IMG/VR virus record: IMGVR_UViG_3300028592_000004
Span: 124,001-188,000 of that record
Reading direction: 5' to 3' (one strand)
DNA length: 64,000 bases
A program made the position numbers and the translations under genes. The notes under the pieces are model-generated. The model had not been told where the DNA came from, did not search any database, and saw only the letters and a program-made list of their open reading frames with translations. Below are positions 1 to 10,107 of this stretch, piece after piece; positions within the stretch are counted from its first letter, which is position 1; every line of letters begins with the position of its first letter.

Positions 1-96
1 TGACACGCCTTCGATGGGAAGTCCCAGATCCAGGAGGTGCCGGTGAAGGTCCTGAAGGCGTCCACCCAGTTTTTCCAACTCAGCTGAGATGCTCAC
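1..96 (-). CDS. Hypothetical protein, N-terminal fragment running off the window
   Basis: GTG start overlaps the fibre gene stop (GTGA); reads [32 protein letters not shown], open to position 1. Confidence 0.5.
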   Translation of the reverse strand, partial: MSISAELEKLGGRLQDLHRHLLDLGLPIEGVS

Positions 97-1967
97 ACCC
101 ACACCAGTCCTTTGACATCGTAGTAGTAGAAGGTCGAGTTATTCGTTCCGGTCGCAGACTCGCTGACGTAGTAGATTACATAACCCGTGCTGGGTGCGAG
201 TGGCAGCGCAAAGCCGTCTCCAACAGCGGCGGCAGCGCTATGGTCAATGACCAGGGCCGGCGTAGTCGACGTCGAGGTTCCGAGACCCAGACGAGCGCCC
301 TGAGTACCAGCACCGGACGGCAACATCGCGCCGACGAGCGACAACATTGGAGCTCGGGACGGGAAAGTGGATACCCACTCCAAAGTCGCTCCGCTGCCGT
401 TATTCCATCCGCGAATGGTCGTGGAGCTGTATGTGTGACTGTTCACATAGTCCGATCGAGCCAGCAACTTCGGCACAGGATTCAGCGCGTTCGACACGAA
501 CCGCTTTGTCACAGAGTCTTCGGTCGTGGTCGTGCTGGTCGTACGAATCGTACCGAGCAGGATGGCTTGATTCGCACTAACGACGTTTCCGCTGATCACG
601 CCGGTGATCTGGGACGCGTTGGTCTGTATACCGTGGAGCCATTCGATTGAAATGGCCCGGTCGGTATCGTTGGTCCACGCAACGTAGTCCAGGGTGAAGC
701 TACCGCTGTTCACGTAGCCGTAGACGTCGTAGTTCTTGCCGCTCGTCAGGCCGGTCAGCGTTCGGCCGATCTGCGAAAAGACGTATGGCACCCACATGGT
801 GCCGTTCCAGATGGTGACAAGGTTGCCGTTGTAGGGCGTGAAGAAGACGCTCGATGAGCCGGTGACGTCGCTCGTTGTGACGGGCACGCCGGTGGTCAGC
901 GTCAGCCGTCCGGACATCGGAACGTTGGCCGCGTATCCCGCCACGGTCGAGTTGTTGGCGAACAGCCAGCCGGTGAGATTCGTCGTTGTCGATGACGTCA
1001 CCTGGTTCGGACCAACGGCGCCCTGAGCACCCTGGTTTCCCTGGGTGCCTTGCGGACCTTGAGTTCCTTGCGGACCGGCAGCGCCTTGGGCTCCCTGGTT
1101 TCCCTGGGGACCCTGTGCTCCGGCTGCTCCCTGGTTGCCTTGCGGACCTTGTGCTCCAGCCGCACCCTGATTCCCCTGGGGACCCTGCGCCCCAGCGGCA
1201 CCCTGATTGCCCTGATTGCCTTGGGTGCCCTGATTCCCCTGCGGTCCCTGCGGGCCAGCGGGTCCCTGGGGACCGGTCGCACCTACGGCCCCGGGTTCAC
1301 CCTGTGGGCCAATATCGCCCTGGGGTCCGACATCACCCTGCGGGCCGGTGTTGCCGGTCGCACCGGTAGCACCTTGCGGTCCCTGCGGGCCGGCAGGTCC
1401 CTGTGGACCAACCATCGACACAACGACGGCGTCGTTCCAGTTGTAGTCGACCAGCTTGGGGCCGAACATTACGTTGAGGTCGGTCCGGATGTAGAAGTCG
1501 CCGGTCTTGCCGTACAACGCGTCGGGATCGCCTACGCCACTGAGAACCGTGTTGCCGTCAGCGCCGGCTGCCCCGTTGGATCCTGCAGCCCCCTGGGGTC
1601 CGGTCGCACCCTGCGGACCCTGAGCGCCCGTTCCGCCGGCCGCGCCGGCAGCTCCCTGAGGTCCCTGCGGACCCGTGGCCCCTTGCGGACCCGTGTCCCC
1701 ATCATCCCCGTCGTTGCCGGCCGGACCTTCCGGACCTTGTGCACCAGTGGCGCCCTGAGGACCCGCCCCGCCAGTAGCACCGGCGGCACCCTGGGCGCCT
1801 TGGGCTCCCTGCGCTCCCTGTGGCCCGGAGAGGCCTTCTGCGATCTTGGCTTCGATCGTGACCACCAGGTCACGCATCGACTGCGCCTTGATCCACTTTC
1901 GGGTGCCATCCTTGAAGATCCCGTCCGGACCCAGGAAGTCATCCCATTCGCGAATTGTGTCAGGCAT
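93..1967 (-). CDS. Collagen-like tail fibre / virion fibre protein
   Basis: Two long G-X-Y runs, then a Thr/Ser-rich beta-type C-terminal domain; lies distal to the baseplate genes. Confidence 0.8.
   Translation of the reverse strand: MPDTIREWDDFLGPDGIFKDGTRKWIKAQSMRDLVVTIEAKIAEGLSGPQGAQGAQGAQGAAGATGGAGPQGATGAQGPEGPAGNDGDDGDTGPQGATGPQGPQGAAGAAGGTGAQGPQGATGPQGAAGSNGAAGADGNTVLSGVGDPDALYGKTGDFYIRTDLNVMFGPKLVDYNWNDAVVVSMVGPQGPAGPQGPQGATGATGNTGPQGDVGPQGDIGPQGEPGAVGATGPQGPAGPQGPQGNQGTQGNQGNQGAAGAQGPQGNQGAAGAQGPQGNQGAAGAQGPQGNQGAQGAAGPQGTQGPQGTQGNQGAQGAVGPNQVTSSTTTNLTGWLFANNSTVAGYAANVPMSGRLTLTTGVPVTTSDVTGSSSVFFTPYNGNLVTIWNGTMWVPYVFSQIGRTLTGLTSGKNYDVYGYVNSGSFTLDYVAWTNDTDRAISIEWLHGIQTNASQITGVISGNVVSANQAILLGTIRTTSTTTTEDSVTKRFVSNALNPVPKLLARSDYVNSHTYSSTTIRGWNNGSGATLEWVSTFPSRAPMLSLVGAMLPSGAGTQGARLGLGTSTSTTPALVIDHSAAAAVGDGFALPLAPSTGYVIYYVSESATGTNNSTFYYYDVKGLVWV
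1005..1835 (-). repeat. Collagen (Gly-X-Y)n coding repeats
   Basis: [12 protein letters not shown] triplets incl. tandem [12 protein letters not shown] units; interrupted by a ~50-aa module (GNTVLSG...GDFYIRTD...FGPK). Confidence 0.9.
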
Positions 1968-1975
1968 CCTTGCCT
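1962..1975 (-). promoter_or_regulatory. CsrA/RsmA-type hairpin over the fibre start codon
   Basis: AGGC-AAGGAT-GCCT; loop overlaps the ATG. Confidence 0.55.
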
Positions 1976-1976
1976 C

Positions 1977-2924
1977 TCAACAGGAAACGCACCCCCGATC
2001 CCCGAGCGTGCTTGCCAAGATTGTATTCTCGAACTGAGAAACACGCCCACTTAGAGTGTTGACCAGGGTTTGTAGCGAGCGAGCCTGTTCGCCCAGCCTG
2101 TTGACGTCTTCAGTGATCTGTTCCAGGGTTGGACAGCCGCAGCACGGTTCCGCACAGCGATCTGTCAGTTTGAGCCCGTTCGTTGCAGGCTCCAGGTTGA
2201 GGCAGCCGACGCCGACGAGAGTGAACTCTCCTTCTGGTGTCGGCGGCACGTCATTGATGGTTCGAATCGGCGGTGCCTCGGCGTCGCTGTCGTCGCAGAT
2301 GCACTCGTTGTTGAGTCCCTCACCTTCGATTGCGTCCCACCGAATCCGGGTGGGCTGGTTCGTGACGACGATCGGCGTCAGTCGTGTGTTGTTGCCGGCG
2401 GCGAACTCCAAGTCCCCGTAGTACCGCGGCGATGTTTCGCTTCCATTCACCACGCGGAACGAGGAGATGCTCCGGATCATCGGCCGGATGCAGTCCTGGT
2501 CGAGGCAGGCTCCCTCAAAGGTGAACAGGTACTGCCCGGCCGGCAGCGCGTCGATCTCGTTCGTTTTCCCGATCGCGATCTTGCCGATCGTGTCTTCGAA
2601 GTCGCCGGTCCCGATAAGGGAGTAGCTGGCGTTCTCGGTGTGCGTGGAGCGTGGTACGGTGACCGAGGCAACAACCGGATTCGTCGCCCCGTCGTAGTAG
2701 GAGACCGTGATCCCATATCCGGTCCCGAAGAGCACGATCGAGCTGATGAAGAACTGATCTGGCTCGACGGCCAGTCCGGCGTGAACAGGCAGGTACAACG
2801 CCACGAGGAACGTGTTCGGGATCATGAAGTCCCCGGACGTGTCCAGACGCGTTGCGTGGCTGGCAATGGGATAGGGCCGGAGTCCATTGACGTCCGGCCA
2901 GCCAGCTCCCCAGTATCGGGCCAT
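1977..2924 (-). CDS. Putative baseplate/fibre-associated structural protein with Cys-rich C-terminus
   Basis: TAAGGAG RBS; position in tail module; CAEPCCGC motif followed by a predicted coiled coil. Confidence 0.55.
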   Translation of the reverse strand: MARYWGAGWPDVNGLRPYPIASHATRLDTSGDFMIPNTFLVALYLPVHAGLAVEPDQFFISSIVLFGTGYGITVSYYDGATNPVVASVTVPRSTHTENASYSLIGTGDFEDTIGKIAIGKTNEIDALPAGQYLFTFEGACLDQDCIRPMIRSISSFRVVNGSETSPRYYGDLEFAAGNNTRLTPIVVTNQPTRIRWDAIEGEGLNNECICDDSDAEAPPIRTINDVPPTPEGEFTLVGVGCLNLEPATNGLKLTDRCAEPCCGCPTLEQITEDVNRLGEQARSLQTLVNTLSGRVSQFENTILASTLGDRGCVSC

Positions 2925-2933
2925 GATGTCTCC

Positions 2934-4706
2934 TTACGAGCCCGAGATGATCAGGCGTCCGCGGATGATGCCGATCTCGCCCGCAAACGCGTCCAGCGAA
3001 GACCGCTCCACGGTGATGTAGACGGCATCGCCAGCCGCGACGGCGAAAGCCGCACTGTCTACGTCGAAGTAGGAATCGGCCGTGACGGCGATCTCGGTAT
3101 CGATCGTCATGGACGTGTCCGCGGTGGGCAGGGCGGTGGCCGTCGTTTCCCGAGGTAGCCGGCGATAGGCCGCAGCCAGCTCCGGGAACGTCCCTGCCGA
3201 CTTGGAAAGGCACGTCAGTCGCAGGATCGCCGTGGGCGTGTTGGGCAGCCCCGCACTCGGCACCGAGAACTGCATGCGGATGGCGGAGTCTCGCCCTGCG
3301 CGGAAGCCGATGAACGGAATGTCGTCGTCCGACCGTTCGACAGCGTCGCCCAACCGGGTGATCTGCGGATGCAGGTCCCGTGCGAAGGCGTCAAGATCGG
3401 CGTTGATCGTGACCGTCCCCTGATGCCCGCCGTTATTCGCGATCGGGTTCGTGGAGGAAAGGGTGATGTTGGCGCCGGCAACCAGCTTCTCAACGACCAA
3501 TCCGCGGCTGAACGTAACGCCGTCCAGGGACTTGAACACGGTAGCCCCGGACACGAGCGTGTTTGAGACCAGGAACTCCAGGTCCAGGTCGATGACCAGG
3601 GCACCCGTATCGGCCTCTTCACCGTCGCAGTTCAGGATCCGTAGCGGCGAGCCATCTGCCGCCTTCAGGCTCGTCACGACACTCCGACTCGTGGCGAAGG
3701 TCATGGTCGTGTAGACCAGGACCAACTTCATCTTCTCCGTTCGCGGGCATTCGATCGAGCCCAGGCTGCTCTCGGAGAGGCTTTCTCCACTGATGAAATC
3801 GGTCGGCCACGGTACATCCCCGTAGCAGTCGCTCATCCACCAGATTCCGTTCCGGTCCATAACGACCAGACCGTCGAGACCCTGGGGAACGAGCGTGCCG
3901 CCAACGCGGTCCGCGCCCTTGTCCCAGAAAAGGGCGGCACTTTCGACAGGGATCGGAGGCCAGATCCGGCTGAGCGCAGGGTGTGCGGCGAGGTTGTAGC
4001 CGAAGGCGGCTCCCGCCGGGGCGAGCCCGTTGAAGGAGTCGTCGCTGGCCGGCAGCCAGCCGGGGACCGCTTCGTCCGCGTTCGTGATTTCGTGCCGCTG
4101 CCCTTCGGCCGGCGGGGCGTGGTCGCCCGCGGGCTCCGCGACCAGCTCCACACGAAAGTGGATGTGGTCCTCCATGAAGTCCTTCAGCGTTGGAAGGACC
4201 GAGACCTGTCCGTTGCCCAGGTTGTAGGCGACAGGAACGGAAACCGCGGGTCGCTGCGGCGTCAGTTTCCCGGGCGTCTGCGTGGAGAGGTAGAGCCGGC
4301 CGGCAGTGTCCGGGTCATCGACCGTTGCTGAGAGATCGATGGCGCTGAGACCCAGCGCGACGATGTCCGCCAGCTGCGAATTGTGCTTTTTCCGGACGAT
4401 GCCGATCACGTCAGCGCTGGGGCTGATCACGAAGGCTCCGGTCTCTTCGTCCAGAACCGCCTGAGCCAACGCCAACTCGAACTGCTGCGTCTCGCTGTTG
4501 TAGTAGACCGCGGAGCCGATCAGTACGTCGGACTTGACCGTCTTCTCGTACAGAATGACGTTCTCGCCAAGCTCCGCAGCATCTTGCCGGTACCGCAAAT
4601 AGGCAGACCGGGACTCGTTATCCCGGTCCGGTCGACTGACAACGCTGGCATTGACCGCCTCGCCGTCCCGGACGTGGCGGACATTGCCCGGCCATGTGTT
4701 TGCCAT
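2934..4706 (-). CDS. Putative virion structural protein (baseplate periphery)
   Basis: 590-aa acidic, beta-rich ORF in the tail module; start taken at MANTW. Confidence 0.55.
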   Translation of the reverse strand: MANTWPGNVRHVRDGEAVNASVVSRPDRDNESRSAYLRYRQDAAELGENVILYEKTVKSDVLIGSAVYYNSETQQFELALAQAVLDEETGAFVISPSADVIGIVRKKHNSQLADIVALGLSAIDLSATVDDPDTAGRLYLSTQTPGKLTPQRPAVSVPVAYNLGNGQVSVLPTLKDFMEDHIHFRVELVAEPAGDHAPPAEGQRHEITNADEAVPGWLPASDDSFNGLAPAGAAFGYNLAAHPALSRIWPPIPVESAALFWDKGADRVGGTLVPQGLDGLVVMDRNGIWWMSDCYGDVPWPTDFISGESLSESSLGSIECPRTEKMKLVLVYTTMTFATSRSVVTSLKAADGSPLRILNCDGEEADTGALVIDLDLEFLVSNTLVSGATVFKSLDGVTFSRGLVVEKLVAGANITLSSTNPIANNGGHQGTVTINADLDAFARDLHPQITRLGDAVERSDDDIPFIGFRAGRDSAIRMQFSVPSAGLPNTPTAILRLTCLSKSAGTFPELAAAYRRLPRETTATALPTADTSMTIDTEIAVTADSYFDVDSAAFAVAAGDAVYITVERSSLDAFAGEIGIIRGRLIISGS

Positions 4707-4714
4707 CCTTGGCA
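4701..4714 (-). promoter_or_regulatory. CsrA/RsmA-type hairpin over a start codon
   Basis: TGCC-AAGGAT-GGCA; loop overlaps the ATG. Confidence 0.55.
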
Positions 4715-4722
4715 CCTCAGAG

Positions 4723-5316
4723 TTAGAGTTCGCGAGCGAACTTCAGGCGATAGGTGATCGTGTGCTGGGCGTTCGGTTGCTTCAGGGCCTGATCCGCAAC
4801 CTCGAAGTAGCTGCGGGCGAAGATCAGGTCCTGGGTCTGATCGGCCCAGACCGGCGCCGCGACGATGGCAACCCCGCAGATCTTGCTGTTGACGGCGTCG
4901 GAGAACTCCTTGCCGTGAACGCCGGTCGTGCCGGACGTCGTCGCGTACAGCAGGGCACCATTCCCGTGGTCTGCCGGCATCTCGAAGCCGTCCACGACAA
5001 ACAGGGAGGGTTCGACGTCCAGGGCGATCCGCAGGAAGTCGCGGTTCGGGCTGCCGGAGAGGTTGGCGAAGTACTCCAGGCCGCTCGTCTCGTCGAACTC
5101 CGGAACGGTAACTTCGTCCTCCGGAGCGTCGACGTTTTCGAATTCGATGTAGGCGGCATTGATGACGTAGTCGGTGTCACCAAGGCCCAGCACGCGGGCC
5201 GCGATGGCACCCCACGTGTCGAGCCAGATGTTCTTGCCGCTGAACAGGTAATCCCGTCGACCGGTGAGGTCGCATCGCCGGAAGACGTCGTAATCGCCCT
5301 GGCCGATCCGCTTCAT
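4723..5316 (-). CDS. Putative baseplate/tail-collar structural protein
   Basis: GAGGA RBS 5 nt before MKRIGQ; follows the baseplate wedge genes. Confidence 0.5.
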   Translation of the reverse strand: MKRIGQGDYDVFRRCDLTGRRDYLFSGKNIWLDTWGAIAARVLGLGDTDYVINAAYIEFENVDAPEDEVTVPEFDETSGLEYFANLSGSPNRDFLRIALDVEPSLFVVDGFEMPADHGNGALLYATTSGTTGVHGKEFSDAVNSKICGVAIVAAPVWADQTQDLIFARSYFEVADQALKQPNAQHTITYRLKFAREL

Positions 5317-5336
5317 TTCAATCCTCGGGTATTGAC

Positions 5337-6818
5337 CTACTGACACTCGATTCCGACCGTCCGGATGCCCACGATGTCGTCCGCAGCGAGAGCGGGAGCG
5401 GAATCCGCCAACGGCTCTTGTGCCGGCCCGATATCGAGCTCGTCGTTGTCAGCAATCGTAGCAGAGTCGCTGAGTTCGGGCATCTCGATGATCACGAGCA
5501 GGTAGTTGTGCGGTGGAACGATCCGTCGCAACGATTTCGTCCATTGCAGTCCCACCCCGGCGCCGAGGCTGCCACAGCGAACCTTCAGCAGCAGCGCGTT
5601 GTTGGTCAAGACGTTCTGGACCAGGAACTCCAGTGGATTGACCGTTGCCGGCAGCGTCAGGGCACTGGGCGGAGTCGTGGGTTCTTCCCGTGTATCGAGG
5701 AGGCCGGCCAGGGTGTAGCCGTAAGCGTCTTCCTTGGATTCCAGATGTCGCCAGAAGCGGTCCACATCCAGCGGGTGACCTCCCAGGTGGAACCTGACCC
5801 GCACGGTCTCCTCGGAGTCGTCGATGAGCAGCGGCACGTTCCGGTTGAAGAACAGCAGCGAGTCGTTGTAGCCGCCCGGTAGCAGATTCCTGTCCAGGCT
5901 GATGCAGGTGACGTCCGGAACGGCCTTTCGGTTCAGCTCGAACAGCTGGACCGTGTCAACCAGGAAGCTCCCCGCCGGCAGGACATCCCCGACCGAAACG
6001 GCGGGTGTCGCGTTTTTGGGGAGCCTGTAGGCATGTGCGGTTGTCGCGATCACGAGGTGATCCGTCATCACTTTGACGACTTCCACCGTCTCTTCCGGTT
6101 CCCGGGTGACCGGGACGCCCGTGATGGCGCTAACCGTCTCCCGCAGGGTCTGGCTGGAGGAGCCGCCGGTCAGGGAGTCCATCAGACCGTTCACGAGGCC
6201 CTTGTAGGCGTCGCTGGAGGGGGCCTGGACGCCCAAGACGTAGCCGTAGTGGCTGTAGAGCGTCTGGACGTCTTCCTGGGCCGCGTAAGCCCACAGGACG
6301 ATCTGCCAGTCGGTCTGCTCGCCGGCCTCGTTGTAGATCGGCAGCCGCGGGATCCGGTCGTCGTCGAAGGGGTCTGTACGGAAGGTCAGCAGGGACCCGT
6401 CGTAGGTGTAGTCCAGCCCGGAGGTCCAGAGGACGGTCGGATTGACCTGCTGGGTCGTCAGGAACGGAAGCGCGGCCCACCGTCCGACGCTGAACGTCAG
6501 TGGGTTGCCCGTGGTTGCTCCCAGGAGCCCGGGAGCGTTCCCTAGCTCTCCGGCCGCACCAAGGAGGTAGGGCACAGCTCCAGCGTCGCTCTGACGTAGC
6601 CGGATCGGAGTCCAGTTCTGACGCCGCAAGACCGGGCAGGTGAGCCGGCTCTGGGTGTCGAACATCTCCTTCGAAGCCTGGGCCGTCTGCAGGTAGGCTT
6701 CTGCGACAGCGGTGGCGTAGGCCAACACCTCGCCCCGACCTTGGAAGGTATGGGACCAGAAGCTGCCGATCAGGCCCGGGAGGATCTCCGGAGTCTGCAG
6801 TTGATTCTCGGGATACAC
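5337..6818 (-). CDS. Putative baseplate wedge subunit
   Basis: Directly follows the J-like gene; ends in LRRIVPPHNYL, resembling the wedge 'xxP(A/P)H' terminal motif. Confidence 0.6.
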   Translation of the reverse strand: MYPENQLQTPEILPGLIGSFWSHTFQGRGEVLAYATAVAEAYLQTAQASKEMFDTQSRLTCPVLRRQNWTPIRLRQSDAGAVPYLLGAAGELGNAPGLLGATTGNPLTFSVGRWAALPFLTTQQVNPTVLWTSGLDYTYDGSLLTFRTDPFDDDRIPRLPIYNEAGEQTDWQIVLWAYAAQEDVQTLYSHYGYVLGVQAPSSDAYKGLVNGLMDSLTGGSSSQTLRETVSAITGVPVTREPEETVEVVKVMTDHLVIATTAHAYRLPKNATPAVSVGDVLPAGSFLVDTVQLFELNRKAVPDVTCISLDRNLLPGGYNDSLLFFNRNVPLLIDDSEETVRVRFHLGGHPLDVDRFWRHLESKEDAYGYTLAGLLDTREEPTTPPSALTLPATVNPLEFLVQNVLTNNALLLKVRCGSLGAGVGLQWTKSLRRIVPPHNYLLVIIEMPELSDSATIADNDELDIGPAQEPLADSAPALAADDIVGIRTVGIECQ

Positions 6819-6819
6819 G

Positions 6820-8469
6820 TCAGTCTCCGATCAGGGCGACGTTCTTGACCGTGATGGCGATGTCCTGCGGATCGAGGAGGATCGCCGTCGTGCGGCCGGT
6901 GATGTACTCCGCAGGAAGATCCGGAATCCACATCTGGTCCCGGTTGCGGGTGAAGACCGTCCGCCCGATCGGCGAAAGGATCCGACCGAACATGTCCATG
7001 TTCGAAATCGCCATTTCGCCGGACAGGAACGGGGCCGCGGTGCTGACGATCGTTGATGCGTGCAGCACATTGACGAAGCCCAGGTTGTTCACCTTGTCGG
7101 CGATGGCGTTAGCGATCGCCGCGGTGTCCGGGGTCTCCTGAGTCGTCGACTTGCTGATGTCGAACTGGACGGTCAGCAGGCAAGGGATAGCGGCCTTCAC
7201 CAGTACGTCTCCGGCCGGTCCGCGGACTGCGCGGCCGCTGATGTACTCCTGCAGTTCCGCCACCAGCGGCATGTGCCGAACGATGACGATGTACTCGGCT
7301 GTGCTGCTGTTCACCGTCAGACTGTCGGTGTTGGTCACCGTGTCCGTGAACCGGACGACCGCGGTCTGGAAGGGGCTGAACGCCGCCTCGTAGTCCTGCT
7401 CGATGTCCGGCTGCCATCCTGATCCCAGCGCGAAGCCCCGCGTAACGCTGTCAGCGTCGAAGCGGTTGGTCTCGCTCACGTCGCTCTGCTGGGTGATCTG
7501 GACGACCTCATAGAAGCCAGGCGCATCGTCGACGTCGATCTCGAACTGCCAGACACCGCCGACTGCCTTCTTCTCGATGAGGGTGGCCATCTTCGTGATG
7601 GCCGTCAGTCGGGCAATGTTCTGCGAACGCATGTAGATGTCGCAGCGTCCGCCCAGCGAGGACGGCCAGATCGTGTGCCGGTCGCGATTCATCTCCGGGT
7701 CGCCCATGCCGATGATGGAGATCCCCTTGATGTCGGCGAACTCTTCCTGGGCGCGAATCATCGCCGACGTTGTGGTCCGGTTGGACCAGGCTTTGACGGC
7801 TGCTCCCTCGTTCAGGCGGGTCAGCAGGTCTGCGTTCGTTTCGGCATCGACGCCGTTGACGAAGTCCGACTCTGCGTACGCAGTGACGAAGTTCGGGATG
7901 TTGATCGCCGGAACGAGCGTGGCAGCCCGCCGCAGCATTCCCTCTTCTCCGACCGTCTGGGCCGTGATCGGGACACTGAAGGCGTACCGGCCGTTCCCGA
8001 GATCCGTCAGCGCCCGGTCAGTCGGAAGCGTGATCGCCGCCTCGGTCGTTCGGATGGCGTGGACAGCCTGGGTGGCGAACGAAATCCCGTTCGCGTTGAA
8101 GATCGCTCCGTTGGGGATCGTCAACGGCAGGAGCTTGCTGACGACGACGGTGACGTTTCCCGTGGCCTGCGAGCCGGTGTTCCGCGCAACACGGTAGTTG
8201 CTGAGGATCGCGTCGACCGTGTCTTCGTCCGCCAGGGACGGGTCTTCCGAGATCTTCAGCAAGCTGCCGGAGTCGGTGTATCGGCGGATATTCGTGTTGG
8301 CGACACCCTCATTGAGGATGCCGGCCATCAGGAGCACCGCGTCTCCGATGAAACCGCCGCGGGTGTGGATCTGCGGATACAGGTCCCCCAGCATCTGCGC
8401 CAGGAGATCCCGCGTGGCGAGGACGTCGTCGGTTGGAAGGGAGTTCAGATCCGAGACAGCAGTCGGCAT
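6820..8469 (-). CDS. Baseplate J-like (P2 gpJ / T4 gp6-type) wedge protein
   Basis: R..GSQATGNVTV...IPNG..F and F.NG.DAET..DL..R segments typical of Baseplate_J. Confidence 0.8.
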   Translation of the reverse strand: MPTAVSDLNSLPTDDVLATRDLLAQMLGDLYPQIHTRGGFIGDAVLLMAGILNEGVANTNIRRYTDSGSLLKISEDPSLADEDTVDAILSNYRVARNTGSQATGNVTVVVSKLLPLTIPNGAIFNANGISFATQAVHAIRTTEAAITLPTDRALTDLGNGRYAFSVPITAQTVGEEGMLRRAATLVPAINIPNFVTAYAESDFVNGVDAETNADLLTRLNEGAAVKAWSNRTTTSAMIRAQEEFADIKGISIIGMGDPEMNRDRHTIWPSSLGGRCDIYMRSQNIARLTAITKMATLIEKKAVGGVWQFEIDVDDAPGFYEVVQITQQSDVSETNRFDADSVTRGFALGSGWQPDIEQDYEAAFSPFQTAVVRFTDTVTNTDSLTVNSSTAEYIVIVRHMPLVAELQEYISGRAVRGPAGDVLVKAAIPCLLTVQFDISKSTTQETPDTAAIANAIADKVNNLGFVNVLHASTIVSTAAPFLSGEMAISNMDMFGRILSPIGRTVFTRNRDQMWIPDLPAEYITGRTTAILLDPQDIAITVKNVALIGD

Positions 8470-8472
8470 GGA

Positions 8473-8919
8473 TCACACCAGGGTCTGAATCGTCGGCTGC
8501 AGCTGGTAGCTGGACCCGGCGAGGGAAGTGACGTGGAAGAAAAGCTGAACGTATCCAGGCAGGATAGCGACCCGGTCGAGAACGATCTCGTCGAGGCGTT
8601 CGTCCAACTCGTCAGTATCAAGCTCGCGACCCTGCAACGTCTGCGTAGTCCGAGCGGCGGCGAAGCCGAAGGCCTGGAAGACATCCAGATCACTCTGGAC
8701 CTCTCCGCGGGCAAAAGCCCCGATCAGGTTCGTCCCACCCTCGACGTACGGCGAGGAGGCCTGCTCATTCAACAGGTCCGTCAGGACCAGCTGTGCGAGC
8801 TTCTGGATCCCTGTGCAGCCGAGCCCGCCGTCACCGGGCAAAGCAAGCGCCTGCACAGTCGGCTTCATCACGCCGGGTACGAGATCGCGCTGGAAGATGA
8901 GTAGATCGTAGGTTCTCAC
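8473..8919 (-). CDS. gp25/gpW-like sheath-initiator baseplate protein
   Basis: 148 aa, GIQKLAQ...LL...DERL signature, immediately before baseplate J. Confidence 0.65.
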   Translation of the reverse strand: MRTYDLLIFQRDLVPGVMKPTVQALALPGDGGLGCTGIQKLAQLVLTDLLNEQASSPYVEGGTNLIGAFARGEVQSDLDVFQAFGFAAARTTQTLQGRELDTDELDERLDEIVLDRVAILPGYVQLFFHVTSLAGSSYQLQPTIQTLV

Positions 8920-9356
8920 GAGGACCCCGCCTGAATTGTGTCTTCGACGTACTTGAGGACGCCGCCTTCAAAGATCCCCTTCGCATTGGCGTGCCCACGA
9001 CGGGCTGAGGCCGCGTGAGCCAGGGCTCGGACCGGCGTCAGCCGGCTGGCGCGAAAGGCACGCTCGGCGTGGGCCACGTAGCCGTTCTGCTCGGCCAAGG
9101 CGATCTCGTCACCAACCGTTCCCGGAGAGGCATCATCCGCGATGACCTCTTCGTAGTTGGCGCCAATCTCGGAGCGATCGAAGGGAGTCGTGATGCTGCC
9201 CAGGTCCAGCGGGTTGCCTTCCCACTCGCCCGGGTTCTGCCAGACCCGCTGCTCCTGATTGCGCAAGGCTCCCGAGATCTTGCCGGCCTGTTCAACCAGG
9301 TCGGTGATCAGGTTCGAGAAGACCTCGGAAACGCGTGCAACGCTCTTCGCTTTCAT
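8916..9356 (-). CDS. Hypothetical protein
   Basis: 146-aa ORF with 4-nt overlaps to both neighbours. Confidence 0.6.
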   Translation of the reverse strand: MKAKSVARVSEVFSNLITDLVEQAGKISGALRNQEQRVWQNPGEWEGNPLDLGSITTPFDRSEIGANYEEVIADDASPGTVGDEIALAEQNGYVAHAERAFRASRLTPVRALAHAASARRGHANAKGIFEGGVLKYVEDTIQAGSS

Positions 9357-10102
9357 ACGACCCCCAATCCGTCCAGTTCATCGACCTGAGCCTGGATGCG
9401 AGCCATACGCTGGCTGATCGCACCCGGAGAAAGATTCAGCTTTCGCGCCAGCTGCTTGCCGGACATCTTCTGCTGACCGTTCAGTCCGACCGAGTGCTCG
9501 ACCAGAACCTGATCGACCGGATCCAGATCGTCGTAGATGAACTGGATCCGATGCAAGAACGCGTCCGGCCCCATCACGCCAGGCTCGAAGCCGAAGCCTT
9601 CGTCGTCTTGTCCGGATTCGGAGATCTGCCCTTCTGTCACAGCGGGCCGGGTTGAACGGACGTAGGCGATCCGCTTCGGAGAGAAGCCGGTAAAGTCGGC
9701 CAGCTCCGAAATGGACGGCGAGCGGGAAAGCTGATCGAACAGCTCGTTCTCCGCTGCCGCTAGGGCTGCACCCTCCTGGGCGACTCGCTCTGGAACGTGA
9801 ATCAGTTGATTCTGCTGCGCAGCGTAGCGCTGAAGCCCCTGTAGCGAGGCCATGAGGTGCGTCCGGAGCGAGCCCCGGCCTGGATCGTAGGAGTCGACAG
9901 CGTTGGCGGCGATCAGACGCGCCCGCCCTTTGAGCTGAGGGCTGTTTGCACCACCGCCAAAGGTCCGCATGCCTGTCTGGATGATCGGGTCGACGGCCTT
10001 GACCATCGCTGTCCGCCTGGACGGGGACTGGTTCAGCTTGTAGGCCCGATACGGCTCACGGAACTCATCCTCCAGGTTCCCAAAGTCGAAGTTGCTCATC
10101 AC
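9353..10102 (-). CDS. Sigma-70 family RNA polymerase sigma factor (alternative/group 3-like)
   Basis: Region 2 (AVDSYDPGRGSLRTH..IHVP), region 3 (LSRSPSISELA) and region 4 HTH (MSGKQLARKLNLSPGAISQR). Confidence 0.85.
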   Translation of the reverse strand: MMSNFDFGNLEDEFREPYRAYKLNQSPSRRTAMVKAVDPIIQTGMRTFGGGANSPQLKGRARLIAANAVDSYDPGRGSLRTHLMASLQGLQRYAAQQNQLIHVPERVAQEGAALAAAENELFDQLSRSPSISELADFTGFSPKRIAYVRSTRPAVTEGQISESGQDDEGFGFEPGVMGPDAFLHRIQFIYDDLDPVDQVLVEHSVGLNGQQKMSGKQLARKLNLSPGAISQRMARIQAQVDELDGLGVV

Positions 10103-10107
10103 GCCTC

